DNA of 64,000 nucleotides from Octopus bimaculoides (lineage: Eukaryota), in assembly GCF_001194135.2 (NCBI RefSeq), contig NC_068992.1:45717006-45781005 (forward strand), read 5' to 3'. The translations under genes and the position numbers were made by a program. How positions within the stretch are numbered: the first letter of the stretch is position 1; every line of letters begins with the position of its first letter. Shown here in pieces: positions 1 to 11,872 of the stretch. The notes beneath the pieces are model-generated. The model was given only the letters and a program-made list of their open reading frames with translations, made no database searches and had not been told where the DNA came from.

Positions 1-1377
1 AATAGGTTGTTCAGTATCAAGAGAAATCATAAGTATTGTCCTCTTCTCAGTGCTGTATACCATATATACATATATTTCATAATTTTTATTATTTATTCGA
101 TTTTATGTAAATCTTCCACACTTCGTGTCTGTTTTTGCATCGTCCCCATCATCCGTCCTCACTTTGAATTATTACTATTAGAATTATTACGATTGATATT
201 AGAATTGTCAATTGAGCTTGAAAGGAAGAAAGGCACAAAATATTAATATAATTGCTTCGTCAATGAATCGATCTGTTCTTGGCAATAACTTCTGCTAAAT
301 CTCTAGATAGGATTTCTTGTGTTGTCGAAATGTGAAGATATTGCGAATAAGAGATTTTAACTATGTTATCCAACTGTCTCAGTCACATATTTAACTAAAT
401 TAGATTAAAGAAATATAGTTTTCTGCAATTATTGTTTTCAACTTTTAGGATTTTAGACATTTCTATAGCAAGGTTTCGTTGTTAGAAATCACACCTCACC
501 AAAGCTGCATCAAAGTTTCTCACGGTCCGCTGTTAGATTTGCCGATTCTTTTTTGATCATCAAAGCTGCATTTCATATGTACTTATTTCTGCGGTAGATT
601 CTGTTTTGAGAAACCACAACGCAGTAACTAGATTAAATGCAACGTCTCTAATATGATACAGAACGTCATTTTAGTTAGAAGAACAATTTGTCATTCCGCT
701 GCAGCAGTGCTAAACGCGACACTATAAATATTCTCAGTAAATATTCATCAGAGCAGACAAACTTTCCAAAACATTCTAATTGTTTAAATGTCTTTCTAAA
801 TCGCATTTGTGTTTTTGACGATTCCTTTGATTATCAAATAAACTTCATTATGTTCCGTCGTTAGGAAATTGAAGCAGAAGTTTTAACAGTTTCTATTTAA
901 ACTACATGAAACTGTATTGTTACAAGTAAGTAAAGGTACTGTTGCATGGAATGGTAGAGAGAATCAGTTTGGCAAGAATTTCCTTTAAAGTTCCCGCTAA
1001 TAGAAAATGTATAATACAAATCTAGCTTTTTATTCATTTACTGGTTTCGATATTTGGACAGTGGTGATACTTCTCGTATCAGTGAAATAGTGTACTGTGC
1101 GGCGTGTACGGGTCCTATAGAATTCCCACTTTATATAAGTGTGTTTGCTATAGTCGAGGGTATGTTACGTATAGCACATGAGGCGAACAGAAGTCACACT
1201 CAACTACTGTCTATTTTATTGTTAGCTCTCTTTTGACTCGCCCATTCCCAAACACATGCACATCCTGATTCGTAAACACATGCATTCTTTTGAAAGCGGA
1301 CACGAACGACACGTTCGATTTCATGTCGTTATCATGTTGACCTGATAATGATGTAGTATGGAAACGACCGGTGTGGC

Positions 1378-1381
<4 letters not shown>

Positions 1382-1434
<53 letters not shown>
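1382..1434. repeat. (TA)n microsatellite
   Basis: Pure TA run read directly. Confidence 0.97.
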
Positions 1435-1440
<6 letters not shown>

Positions 1441-2117
1441 TGTTACGAAAGTTTGTTTTCCTTGGGAAGAAAAAATAGTGGATTTCGTTTGGGCATATAG
1501 ATTTGAACCTGAACCAATGGAATTCCCCTTTAAGTTACAACGGCAATTTCTCACGGAGAAACAGTTCACAGCTGAGACACTCAACACATGATCTATGCCA
1601 AGCCGATTTACATCTTTTCCACTGAACCCTTTTGACATCTTCTATATCAACAAAAGCTGAAAATATATAAGAATCGCCTACACCAGTTTTTCCCATTGTT
1701 CTCGGTGATATGCCTCTCTTTCTTGCTATTCTACGATAATTATGAATACTAAAGTCCCTCGAGGCTAAAGTTAGTTAATGAAACGAGTTTGGTGAGATGT
1801 CATTCTGTCTTTCTCCATTGCTGCTGAAACGACAGGCAGAATGAAGTATCATTCTGACTTCCTCTTCCTTCCTCTCTGCCAGTCTGGTGCTTTTTAATGG
1901 ATTACGACTACAACCAACGGAAAGAGTAAGGAAATTGATGACTTCGATCTCCAACACTGGATTTTCAACCAATAAAGACTGACAAACACTAATATTTTGA
2001 GACGGTTTATACCGTGGACTGAAATATATTATAAAAAGCTCTATTCCTTGAACTGTAATATATTAAAATAGCTTTCGCTGACTTCGATGTGAGTTTTTGC
2101 AACATTTCTTTCTCAAT

Positions 2118-2339
2118 ATGTGTGTGTGTATGTATGTCTGTGTGTCTGTGCTGGTCACCCCACCATCGCTTCACAACCGACGTTGGTGTGGTTACGTTCC
2201 CGTAACTTAGCGGTTCGACAAAAAATACCGATAGGATAAGCACTAGGCTTACAAAGAATAAATCCTGGGGTCGATTAGTTCCACTAAATGCGATGCTCCA
2301 GCATCAAATGACTGAAACCAATAAAAGAATAAAAGAGTA
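2118..2339 (+). mobile_element. SINE family C, 3' half (octopus-type tRNA-derived SINE, 5'-truncated)
   Basis: Matches the 3' half of the full copy at 48337-48748 (cccgtaacttagcggttcg...cctggggtcgat...gatgctccagcat..aaatgactgaaac...taaaagag). Confidence 0.85.
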
Positions 2340-2360
2340 TAAATACATATATATATATAC

Positions 2361-2471
<111 letters not shown>

Positions 2472-3399
2472 AAATATTTGTGTGTATGTGTGTGTACGTG
2501 TACACATGCATATATGTGTGTGTATGATTGAATGTTAAAGCTGATATTCGAATTATACAGCATAACAGTTATTTGTAGCGTAGCATTCCGTGTAATATCC
2601 ATGTATATCAAAGTTCGAACTGGGTATAAATATTAGTTATCCTTGGATGTTTGTTAAGTATTATACGCACAGTAATAAGTCAGGGTGAGTATCTGGGTGG
2701 CATTGGTTAAAATTTTTATCATAACACTATTATTTACATAACCTTTACACGTGTTTCACTAGCGTGTATCTAGTATGTCGACAATTGCATAGTCACCCTA
2801 GAACGCTAAACCATTAACAAAATGCATGTCACTCCATTTTTAGCTATTGGCTGACGTTGATAAACAGAGCGAAAGTGAGATTTGAATATATATACAAGGG
2901 ATAGTTCTATTTATAGCCGTTAAGGAAAGGAATGGATTAGATATAGCATTCAAAGGTGGTTATGCAATTTTCTATGCAGCAGTTACTGAATATCATGATA
3001 ATATAAGGCGTGTAAAGATTTGACAATTTATATGTGGTATGATGAAAATTTTAACCGAGTGTGCTGTTTTATTCAGCTCTTGGAGATACATGTAAGGAGC
3101 GAAGGAAACATCTCCGTTCTTCAAATTCCACTTCCAAAACGTTGATCAACGATAAATTATGATAGATTATTGTCTAAAGGGTGACGGCACGGAGATCGAA
3201 GTCCAAGACATATTTACGATGAGATCTTAAGTACACAGCAAAGCTTGCACCAAATTAGAATGTATATTAAAAATTCATGAATATGGATCCCGACCAAATA
3301 TAACAAGATATGGCTGAATAGGGTAAAATCTCAGCTGTTTCCTACTATAATTCAACTCTTTCTAGAGCTGGATATAAAGATTAAATAGTGTATATCAAT

Positions 3400-4080
3400 A
3401 ATAATATGAACAATAAACATGAATTAGGTACTAGAAATAATAAGCAAATGATAAGCCATTTAATAAATTAAAATTTAATTCCATAAACATAGAATGTCAA
3501 AAGATGTTAAATCTAAAAATAAACAAAATAACAATGACCAAACCTATAAATCAAATAATAAGTACGTCAATGATAAATTTAATGAAAATAGATATAATTC
3601 TAATAACACTAATAATTATTGTAATAAATCTACAAATAGATATATAATTAATAATGATAATAAATGTTACAAATCTGATAAATCACTTAACAAAAAGATC
3701 AAATAGTACAATGCTCCATTTAATTGTCATGTAGTCACTAAAATACCTTTTCTATATTTTTAACTATTAGAAACACACTTCCAGCCAAATAATTAATACT
3801 ACAGAATATGTAATAAATATACAATACAATTCTCCTATTCTTCCATGCTTAATTTAGTTAATATTATATCTTCTTTAAAATCATTAAAAAAATTAGCAAC
3901 ATTAAGTATAATTAATATCGAAGTAATAATAACCATAATCCTCACAATATCAATACAATTAATCTTAATAATAATACTAGTACTTCCACATTCACTACTA
4001 CTTCTGATACTACTACTACTGCTATAGGTGCTATTGCTACTGGTTTATAGCTACAGAATTGATGATAACTATACTAAACA
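3400..4080. repeat. Decayed (AAT)/(ACT) trinucleotide low-complexity tract
   Basis: Very AT-rich with 3-nt periodicity; yields Asn-rich and Ile/Leu-rich pseudo-ORFs at 3494-3706 and 3845-4027. Confidence 0.7.
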
Positions 4081-4104
4081 TAAAAACTCTGAAGAAAAGT
4101 ATAA

Positions 4105-4224
4105 AGATAAAGGATGAAAGACAAAATCGACCTCGGTGTTGTTTGAACTCAGAACGTAAAGTCAGCCGAAATGGTGCTAAGAATTTCGCCCGACGCGCTA
4201 ACGATTCTGTCTGTTCACCGCTTT
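4105..4224 (-). mobile_element. SINE family A, 5' part (tRNA-like head)
   Basis: Reverse complement aligns by eye with the heads at 12901 and 49713 (cagaatcgttagc gcgtcgggcgaaatt cttagc...acgttctgagttcaaac..gaggtcga). Confidence 0.8.
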
Positions 4225-4287
4225 GCTGCTGATGCCGCCGCCGCTGCTTCTGCGTCGCCGCTGCTGCTGCAGCTGCTGCTGCCGCTT
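4220..4287. repeat. (GCT/GCC)n GC-rich trinucleotide tract
   Basis: Read directly. Confidence 0.85.
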
Positions 4288-4324
4288 ATCTATCTGCCTA
4301 TCTATCTATCTCTCTCTATATAAA

Positions 4325-4450
4325 TATAATCATAAATATACAGGGATTAGCATGAGTTGCTTCTCCAACATACTGAAAATTTAGAAATTTAGAAATTTTC
4401 AGTATGTTGGAGAAGCAACTCATGCTAATCCCTGTATATTTATGATTATA
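4325..4450. repeat. Perfect inverted repeat, 58-bp arms, 10-nt loop
   Basis: 4325-4382 is the exact reverse complement of 4393-4450. Confidence 0.95.
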
Positions 4451-4516
4451 AATGGGTTTACCGATAAAGGTTTTTTCATACTGAACTACTTGGCAAAATT
4501 GTTAATTATTAATTTT

Positions 4517-5147
4517 NNNNNNNNNNNNNNNNNNNNNNNNNNNNNNNNNNNNNNNNNNNNNNNNNNNNNNNNNNNNNNNNNNNNNNNNNNNNNNNNNNNN
4601 NNNNNNNNNNNNNNNNNNNNNNNNNNNNNNNNNNNNNNNNNNNNNNNNNNNNNNNNNNNNNNNNNNNNNNNNNNNNNNNNNNNNNNNNNNNNNNNNNNNN
4701 NNNNNNNNNNNNNNNNNNNNNNNNNNNNNNNNNNNNNNNNNNNNNNNNNNNNNNNNNNNNNNNNNNNNNNNNNNNNNNNNNNNNNNNNNNNNNNNNNNNN
4801 NNNNNNNNNNNNNNNNNNNNNNNNNNNNNNNNNNNNNNNNNNNNNNNNNNNNNNNNNNNNNNNNNNNNNNNNNNNNNNNNNNNNNNNNNNNNNNNNNNNN
4901 NNNNNNNNNNNNNNNNNNNNNNNNNNNNNNNNNNNNNNNNNNNNNNNNNNNNNNNNNNNNNNNNNNNNNNNNNNNNNNNNNNNNNNNNNNNNNNNNNNNN
5001 NNNNNNNNNNNNNNNNNNNNNNNNNNNNNNNNNNNNNNNNNNNNNNNNNNNNNNNNNNNNNNNNNNNNNNNNNNNNNNNNNNNNNNNNNNNNNNNNNNNN
5101 NNNNNNNNNNNNNNNNNNNNNNNNNNNNNNNNNNNNNNNNNNNNNNN
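4517..5147. other. Assembly gap (N run). Other gaps: 11873-12108, 13899-13919, 20095-20729, 23297-23461, 26259-26268, 27526-27958, 33916-34869, 51110-51145, 52669-52707, 59203-59428, 59926-60025
   Basis: N characters. Confidence 0.99.
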
Positions 5148-6374
5148 CGGACGATATAAGTTTACGAAAACTACTTACAGTTGGAAGACGCTGCGTTCAA
5201 TCATGTAAAAACAAATAGTAAATGAGTATATGCATATATACGTACAGGTATGTGCATACCGACATCCACCTGTATGTATAGGTGCATATCTGGGTACAGG
5301 ACATTGCAAACAAACGTAGACGAGAACACACGAGCCACATAGAGAACATTCTACTTCATCAGGTACCCACGTTTTAACACCGGCGTTTCGACGAGCTTCG
5401 GGCAGGACGCATCGTTAAAACGGCTCGTCCCATGGATCGCAGATTAAATTGTATACGCAAATTAAATCTAGCCATGGAGGAATGTAATTCAGAAAGATAG
5501 ATAGGTAGACTGACATATCATATTTTTGTATGTATGTATATAGTAGTATGTATATATGTACATGTATCTATATGTGCGTGTGTACGTATACATAAATTTC
5601 AAAATTTATATATATACGGATAAGCGTATATAAATTCATATGTCCCTATGAGTATGTAATTGTCTGTATGTATATGTGTATGTGTTTACTTTGCGTGTAT
5701 ATGTACGCGCTTAATGAAACTTACTGTATGTTAATTAAGAAAAAGATGTATAAAGATTGCTATTATATATTCAAATATTGTGCGTTTGCAAGTATGCATA
5801 TAGGTATGCGTGTTTATGTGTGTATATTTACTATGAAATGTATGCATATGTGGGTGTATATATTTTGCATATATAAGTATGTTTGTTTGTATGTGCGTGT
5901 ATATGTGTGTGTATATAAATATATATGCACACACTATTTTGAATGCATATGCGAGAGCACATATATTTTGTATATAAAAACTGTTTAAAATGTATAATTT
6001 ATATCTCTATATTAATCACTGTAATTGATCAGGCATCTTATTTTTCAATCAGCAAACACATATTCTTATAGATTATATATTTATTTACTAAGCACAACTT
6101 CATCTTTTTAAAAATAATTTCGATTTTGATAACAAGATAACAACATTTGTAAATTGGATCACTTTTGAGTGTGTAAGTATGTGTGTATGTGGGGTGTGTG
6201 TGCGTGTGTGTCTGTGTGTGTATAAATAAAATATGAGTATTTTATATATATATATATATATATAAGCATAAAATCTATACAAGATTTTATCAAGTAGCCA
6301 GCTGGCAAAACCAATTAAGGCAAAAATTAATACAAAGTATATAATTTGTTTCCATGTATATAAAATACATTATA

Positions 6375-6599
6375 ATATCAAGGGCTATTACTATAAGTAA
6401 CGCCACACGCTATAAGAGGACTCTAAAGTGAAACTACTTCAACAGATATACACACGCACAGAATTCGACGGAATGAACATAGGAATATCTCCTCCATTCA
6501 TTCCCTCGAATTAGGTGCGTGTGCGTATCTGTTGAAGTAGTTTGACTTTAGAGTCCTCTTGTAGCGTGTGGCGTTACTTATAGTAATAGCCCTTGATAT
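6375..6599. mobile_element. MITE-like foldback element (103-bp arms, 19-nt spacer)
   Basis: 6375-6477 versus the reverse complement of 6497-6599: 7 mismatches in 103 bp, outer 38 bp identical; CAAGGG...CCCTTG flanked by ATAT on both sides. Confidence 0.8.
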
Positions 6600-6669
6600 G
6601 ATGATGATGATGAAAATAATAATGATAATAATAATAATAATAATAATAACAACAACAACAACAATAACG

Positions 6670-6702
<33 letters not shown>
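6598..6702. repeat. Compound (ATG)n/(ATA)n/(ACA)n microsatellite
   Basis: Read directly. Confidence 0.93.
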
Positions 6703-6705
<3 letters not shown>

Positions 6706-7051
6706 TATGTAAATATATATATTTATCCCCCTTTTACCTTCTCTAATATGGAAAATGCTCTTCCTTCCTTCGTTCCAACCATTTATATTCCTGATGATTA
6801 CTGACGAAATACAAACGCTACATCCAAGCGTAAGATTTGTGTTATTTAATTTCTGTATTTGAGATATTTCTAATAGAAAATTCTTTACATGTCTATCTCT
6901 TTGGTCCATGAATCTTTATGAAATTGAAAAGACGCCTTCGCGATACAAGGAGTGTTTTACACCCGCTGGATCCCATCCCTCTTTAGGTCTTATCACAGAC
7001 AAACATAGAAATAAAATTTAGGTGAAACAGAATGAATAGATAGCAATACAA

Positions 7052-7190
7052 AGCTGTTACTTTATTTATCGACTCTGAAATCGATGAAAGGCTAAGTTGA
7101 CCTTTCCAGGATTTGAACTCAGAATGCCAAGAGCCGGAACGATTATGCCATAAAGCATTTTATTGATAATCTGTCAACAGGTCGCTTTAG
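7052..7190 (-). mobile_element. SINE family A, old diverged copy
   Basis: tttatttatcgactctgaaa..gatgaaaggctaagttgacc...atttgaactcagaa matches family A in antisense. Confidence 0.6.
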
Positions 7191-7983
7191 GTACAAGATT
7201 TGAATGTCGGCAATGCATACCAAGTCCTTATCGTTATAAATTTGTATGAAGCACTTATTCTTTAAGTATTTCTTAATCAATACCAAGTTTGTCAACTTAA
7301 ATCTATCGCATTAATCTCAACCAATACAGGTAATTCTGAAGAATTTAAGTTTTTGCCCTTTTCATCAGATGAGCAAATGTAATACAATATGTGATAAGTT
7401 TATAACATGGCATTTCTATAGTTTATCTCACATGTTAGCTAACTGCTTCATGCAAAATGAATGATAATTCATATCATTACCTAATTAACATTCATTCAGT
7501 ATCGTGTCGCTAATGATGTGTTACAATATTGTATTCAACGAAACGGTAGTAGGTGTTTAACAAATAATGCATAAACAGAGACAAATTCATATTTTTCCTG
7601 AACGCCACTATACATACATATATATATTTTGTAAGGTATCGTACAAGAAAATGTATACCTTGCTTCAGCGATTGTTAGAAAATAATAGAGGTGCTAAAAG
7701 AAGCAGGAGAAGAAAACCACAACACATATTTTTCTCTTATTGCTGTGAATATATGACAGTTGCTTACTATGGAAATACAATGTATATTATTTATTACGAT
7801 AACAGCATAAATGAAACTTTAGCATTTTCGTGAATTTAATCCACTAAAATATGCAATCACAGCGAACATTCTGTTTGCTAATATTTTAGACACGTTATTC
7901 TTTGTTACTCTATTAATTCAGACTCATCCTTCATAAATTAACACTTAACTATTCTGCTTTTACAGACACAGGAATGGTATGTA

Positions 7984-8249
7984 TAGTGGCGTTCAGGTAA
8001 TATGCTTCCATCTTTCTCTAACTTGCACCGAATCTTGTGGACAAAAGATCTTGCATCTTTCAGAAAACGAGAAATTTCTAAACCACCATGCTTGGCCTCC
8101 AAAACCACAATCACAGCATGTCTTTTCATTTCAATAGTGAGCATAGGGCCTGTCATTGTTACTTTCTTAAATAAAAGTTCAATAAAAATTAGTCAAATAA
8201 AATGATGACTGAAAATGCACGTGTCCTCAAATACCGTCCGCACCCACTA
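7984..8249 (-). mobile_element. Internally deleted Tc1/mariner-superfamily DNA transposon retaining the transposase N-terminus
   Basis: ORF 7938-8156(-) encodes EMKRHAVIVVLEAKHGGLEISRFLKDARSFVHKIRCKLE, resembling the N-terminal HTH of IS630-Tc1-mariner transposases; both ends begin TA|TAGTGG (7982-7989 on +, 8244-8251 on -). Confidence 0.6.
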
Positions 8250-8261
8250 TAAATATATACA

Positions 8262-8465
<204 letters not shown>

Positions 8466-8859
8466 TATCGTTAAGAACTAGAGAAGTGACTGTGTTTATG
8501 TTTGTATGAATGTATGTATGTGTGGATGAATGATTGCATGTGTCAATGAATGTAAGTATGTATATATGTATCTATGCAAGCATGTATATATGTATATCTG
8601 TGTGTGCATGTAGAGAAAATGTATGATAATGTAAAAAGATTGAATGAGAGAATTAAATAGGCTGAGACAACAACAACAAAAAAAGAGAAACAAGGCCAAC
8701 TGTAATTAAGAAGTGGGTGGATGGCATTAAGAGCAGGCATATGTCTAAATGGAGATATTGCATGAGAAAGTAGTAAAAGGTAAATCAGGGATTGCGGCCA
8801 GAGAAAAGAGATGTGTGACATGCAAGGATTAATGGATAACTGAATAGCCTAGCCATGTA

Positions 8860-9260
8860 AATAAGATGTGACAATGAGAATAATGATGACATTAATGTTC
8901 GTAGTGGAGGTGGCAATGGTGATGATGCTGGTGGGGTTTTTGGTGAAATATGTTGAAGATACTGACGACGATGGCGGATCGATAATAGATGGTTTGATGC
9001 AGATGGAAGATGTTGAGAGAGAATGAGTATAATAATCATGATGATGATGATTATGTTGATATTAGTTGTGGAGGATGGGGATAGTTTTGGATGTTTATGG
9101 GGCTTTTAGTGGTGGATGTGCTGCTGATAATAGTTATGATCACTGTCGTGATAGAAGAACACAAGGTGGGAACGGAGGTAATCATAGTATTTCTGTTGAT
9201 GATGACATGATGACGATGATTGTAATGACAATGAACGTGAGTGTGACTATCAATATGAAT
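8860..9260 (+). repeat. Decayed GAT/GGT trinucleotide low-complexity tract
   Basis: 3-nt periodic gat/ggt/aat composition. Confidence 0.7.
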
Positions 9261-9550
9261 TGCTCAACAGGGAGAAAATACTTCAAAGGCATCACATGAC
9301 AAAAGTAGGCAAAATACACGTGCTACCGCGTGTTTCTGTGGCACTTCCACCTCGACAGGCAACACCGAACACAACACTTGCTCGTATAACCATTTAATAT
9401 ACAGCGTCCCAAAAGTATCTACATTTCCTGCAAGATACTTTAAGGAAAACATTCCGTACTTTCTTTATATTGTGTATTTGTTGTTCATTATTTATTTTCG
9501 TTTTATCCACATGAACATAGCTCTACATACATCTACAAATGTAATATTTA

Positions 9551-9960
9551 GGCACATAATTAGTGCTGCATCTGATTTCAGAGTATGTTTCGGGTCTTAA
9601 AGCATGCACACTCAGCCTGGTGACCCGCCCTAGGTTTATCGAGCTTAGTTCTGTGTCCAAGCAGCATTCTACCTACCGCACCCATCATCTCTTTTCAGCC
9701 CAAACCAACTAAATGCTTACGCAGCCGTATCGATATTGTTCTTGATATCTCTTTTTGTCATCCATCCTGCATTACTTAGGGTTCCGTAAGTGTTATTTTA
9801 GAACGACCAGTGAACTCTCGGCTTCCATCTTTCACTTTCAGATGGTTCTCCACCTATTCTCGAAGCAGTCTTCCACCAAATCCTGATACTTAACTTCTTT
9901 TTCTCTCTCTTGCACCGTCTCCATTCTCTCCTTACAGTTTTCTCTAACAGAATTTGCTAC
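9551..9960 (-). mobile_element. HERO/NeSL-group RLE non-LTR retrotransposon, decayed 3' end (RLE C-terminus plus 3' UTR)
   Basis: Minus-strand translation with frameshift and stops: RENCKERMETVQEREKEVKYQDLVEDCFENRWRT / VKDGSREFTGRS / KRDIKNNIDTAA*AFSWFGLKRDD, resembling HERO-type E..ERK..KY..LVE.C...GW..VEVGCRGF.G.S...AAE.ASRWLW.KR; followed by gggtcacc..ggctgagtgtg...aagacccgaaaca, resembling HERO 3' UTRs as I recall them. Confidence 0.65.
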
Positions 9961-10369
9961 TGTGTTGCCTTAGAATGCCTTAGATTGGATATCAACAAGT
10001 TCGAGCATTGATTGAGTATTGCTTGCTTTTCATTTTCACAATATTTATTTTGTGTACTTTCAATGTCGAAATATCTCGCTTTAACAAGCTAAAATTTTTT
10101 CCTCAAATAGGTATATTCTTTCTGGTTCTGCGAGGCAGTTTGTCACATAACTAAGAGTGCCAGTAATCAAAGGCATTAATCTCATGACATAATTATCTGA
10201 ATTATCTTTAGATTTAATATCAGTCAGCACACGTCTGTTTGTCTGTGGATTTTTACTTTTTCTTCTCTTTCTCTGATGATTAGATCTGCTTTGTTGGATA
10301 AGATTTTAACGAGGTTTTGTCGGGAACTTTCACTAATATTCAATGGGAGAGTTGTGATATCGGTCTCGG

Positions 10370-10446
10370 GAGTAATATCAATGGTGATGGAGACGGTGAT
10401 GTAGTGATGGTGGTCTTGTGGTGGTGGTGGTCATCATCCACGTGAT

Positions 10447-10534
<88 letters not shown>

Positions 10535-10830
10535 TTGATAATATTTGTAGGGTTTTTGGTGGCGGGGTGCCCGTTGCGCCGGCGCTATTTTACTTGTAGT
10601 AGTGTGGCTACTTGGTGATGATAGCGATTGACGGTTCTGATTTTAATGGGGTTAAGTGTGAATGGCGTTGGTGGTTGGACTGGTAATGGTGCTATATGAT
10701 GAGGTGGTGGTAATATGAGAGGTGGTAATATGATGATGGCAGTGAAGGCGGTGGTGGTGGTGTTAGTCTTCACTTTGGTTGTTGTAATAGGTGTAGTGGC
10801 AGTAGAAACGTCTTGATTATGACAGTACAG
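10370..10830 (+). repeat. Low-complexity GGT/GAT tract containing pure (TTA)n(GTA)n at 10447-10533
   Basis: Read directly; produces the poly-L/poly-V pseudo-ORF 10418-10618. Confidence 0.9.
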
Positions 10831-10899
10831 CGCCTCAAACTGCGTGTTGTGTTCTTTATAACCTCACCAACAACTTGATAGATATTCCATTGTGATCGA

Positions 10900-11216
10900 T
10901 CATTTTGCCATTATACACATATATAATCGTGTTTGTATGTGGGCGCACATATCTATCTAACGTACGTATAAATGAGCATACGTAAATAAATATGAGCGTG
11001 TGTGTACAAGTATGTGCTTGCGTATATGTGTTTGTGTATGGATGTATGTGCATATCCATGTATGACATTCTTGAGTGTATGTGTATATATCATATATATG
11101 TATACGCGTGCATATGTGTATGTGCTTGTGTATTTATGTGTTTGCATTTGGATGTATGTCCGTATATACGTGAGTGTGTACGTACATATATACACATATG
11201 TGAGTATGTGTGGGAG

Positions 11217-11272
<56 letters not shown>

Positions 11273-11440
11273 AATACACATGCACATTCATAAAGGTAGT
11301 TATGCGTGTGTGTGCGCGCGCCTGATATAAAGACAGAGACAGAGACAAAGAGAGAGAGAGAGCCAGAGATAACGAGAGAGAGAGAGAGAGAGTGAGAAAT
11401 AGAGGAACAATGTGCGTATGTATACATACACGCTGATATA
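10900..11440. repeat. Degenerate (TG/TA)n low complexity with (TA)n(TG)n and (GA)n runs
   Basis: Read directly; explains the stack of ORFs at 10953-11537. Confidence 0.9.
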
Positions 11441-11836
11441 ACAGTTGAGTGACTATTTTTTCTGCCACACATAAAGGAACTACCTTGGTGATGCTACTGG
11501 TCCTGGAAGAAACTGCAGATACTAGCCAAAGAACCATTGAATCTTTGTGTGTTGTGTTGGCAAGAAAAAATCTGTAATTACGATTACATACATATGCAGT
11601 CTACATATTAAACAACACCTCACTAACTCTATTCTTTCTTTGGATAGATAGTCAATAAATTTCGGGGTGGGGTTATTTCTATCGCAAATACAAAAATGGA
11701 ATGTAAAAAAATATAAAATAGGAAAATGGCAGGAAAATGGATAAAAAAAAAATACATAGAAGGACAGGAATGAATTTTCTAAAGAATTTTACTGACATTT
11801 CTAGATATAGCTATAATTAACATACGATATCAATGA

Positions 11837-11872
<36 letters not shown>

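Noticed and set aside
1335-1375. CTGATAA...GAAACG hammerhead-like spacing
   Set aside because: Core box is mutated, stem II is weak, and there is no NUH with a pairable helix I
3200-3310. CTKLECILKIHEYGSRPNI, faintly like the Penelope RT motif KIHK..PLRPI
   Set aside because: Too short and too diverged, and no supporting flanking motifs
3400-3910. Possible NUMT: the minus strand gives a roughly 100-codon hydrophobic frame under the invertebrate mitochondrial code
   Set aside because: No diagnostic motif of ND4, ND4L, ND5 or ND6 and no foldable tRNA; explained by decayed (ATT)n periodicity
4442-5218. Long ORFs spanning N runs (also 19966-20924, 27412-28170, 33716-34914, 58872-59487)
   Set aside because: Artefacts of translating gaps as X
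5310-5480. GC-richer repeat-like segment with CTGATGA and CGAAACG on the minus strand
   Set aside because: The boxes are in an order and spacing that give no consistent type I, II or III hammerhead fold; only one copy in the window, so the family is not demonstrable
6765-6800. CTGATGA-ttactgac-GAAA
   Set aside because: No stem II pairing between the boxes
10953-11537. 194-aa ORF and the many IYIY/HTHT/CVCV/ERER ORFs
   Set aside because: Translations of dinucleotide microsatellites
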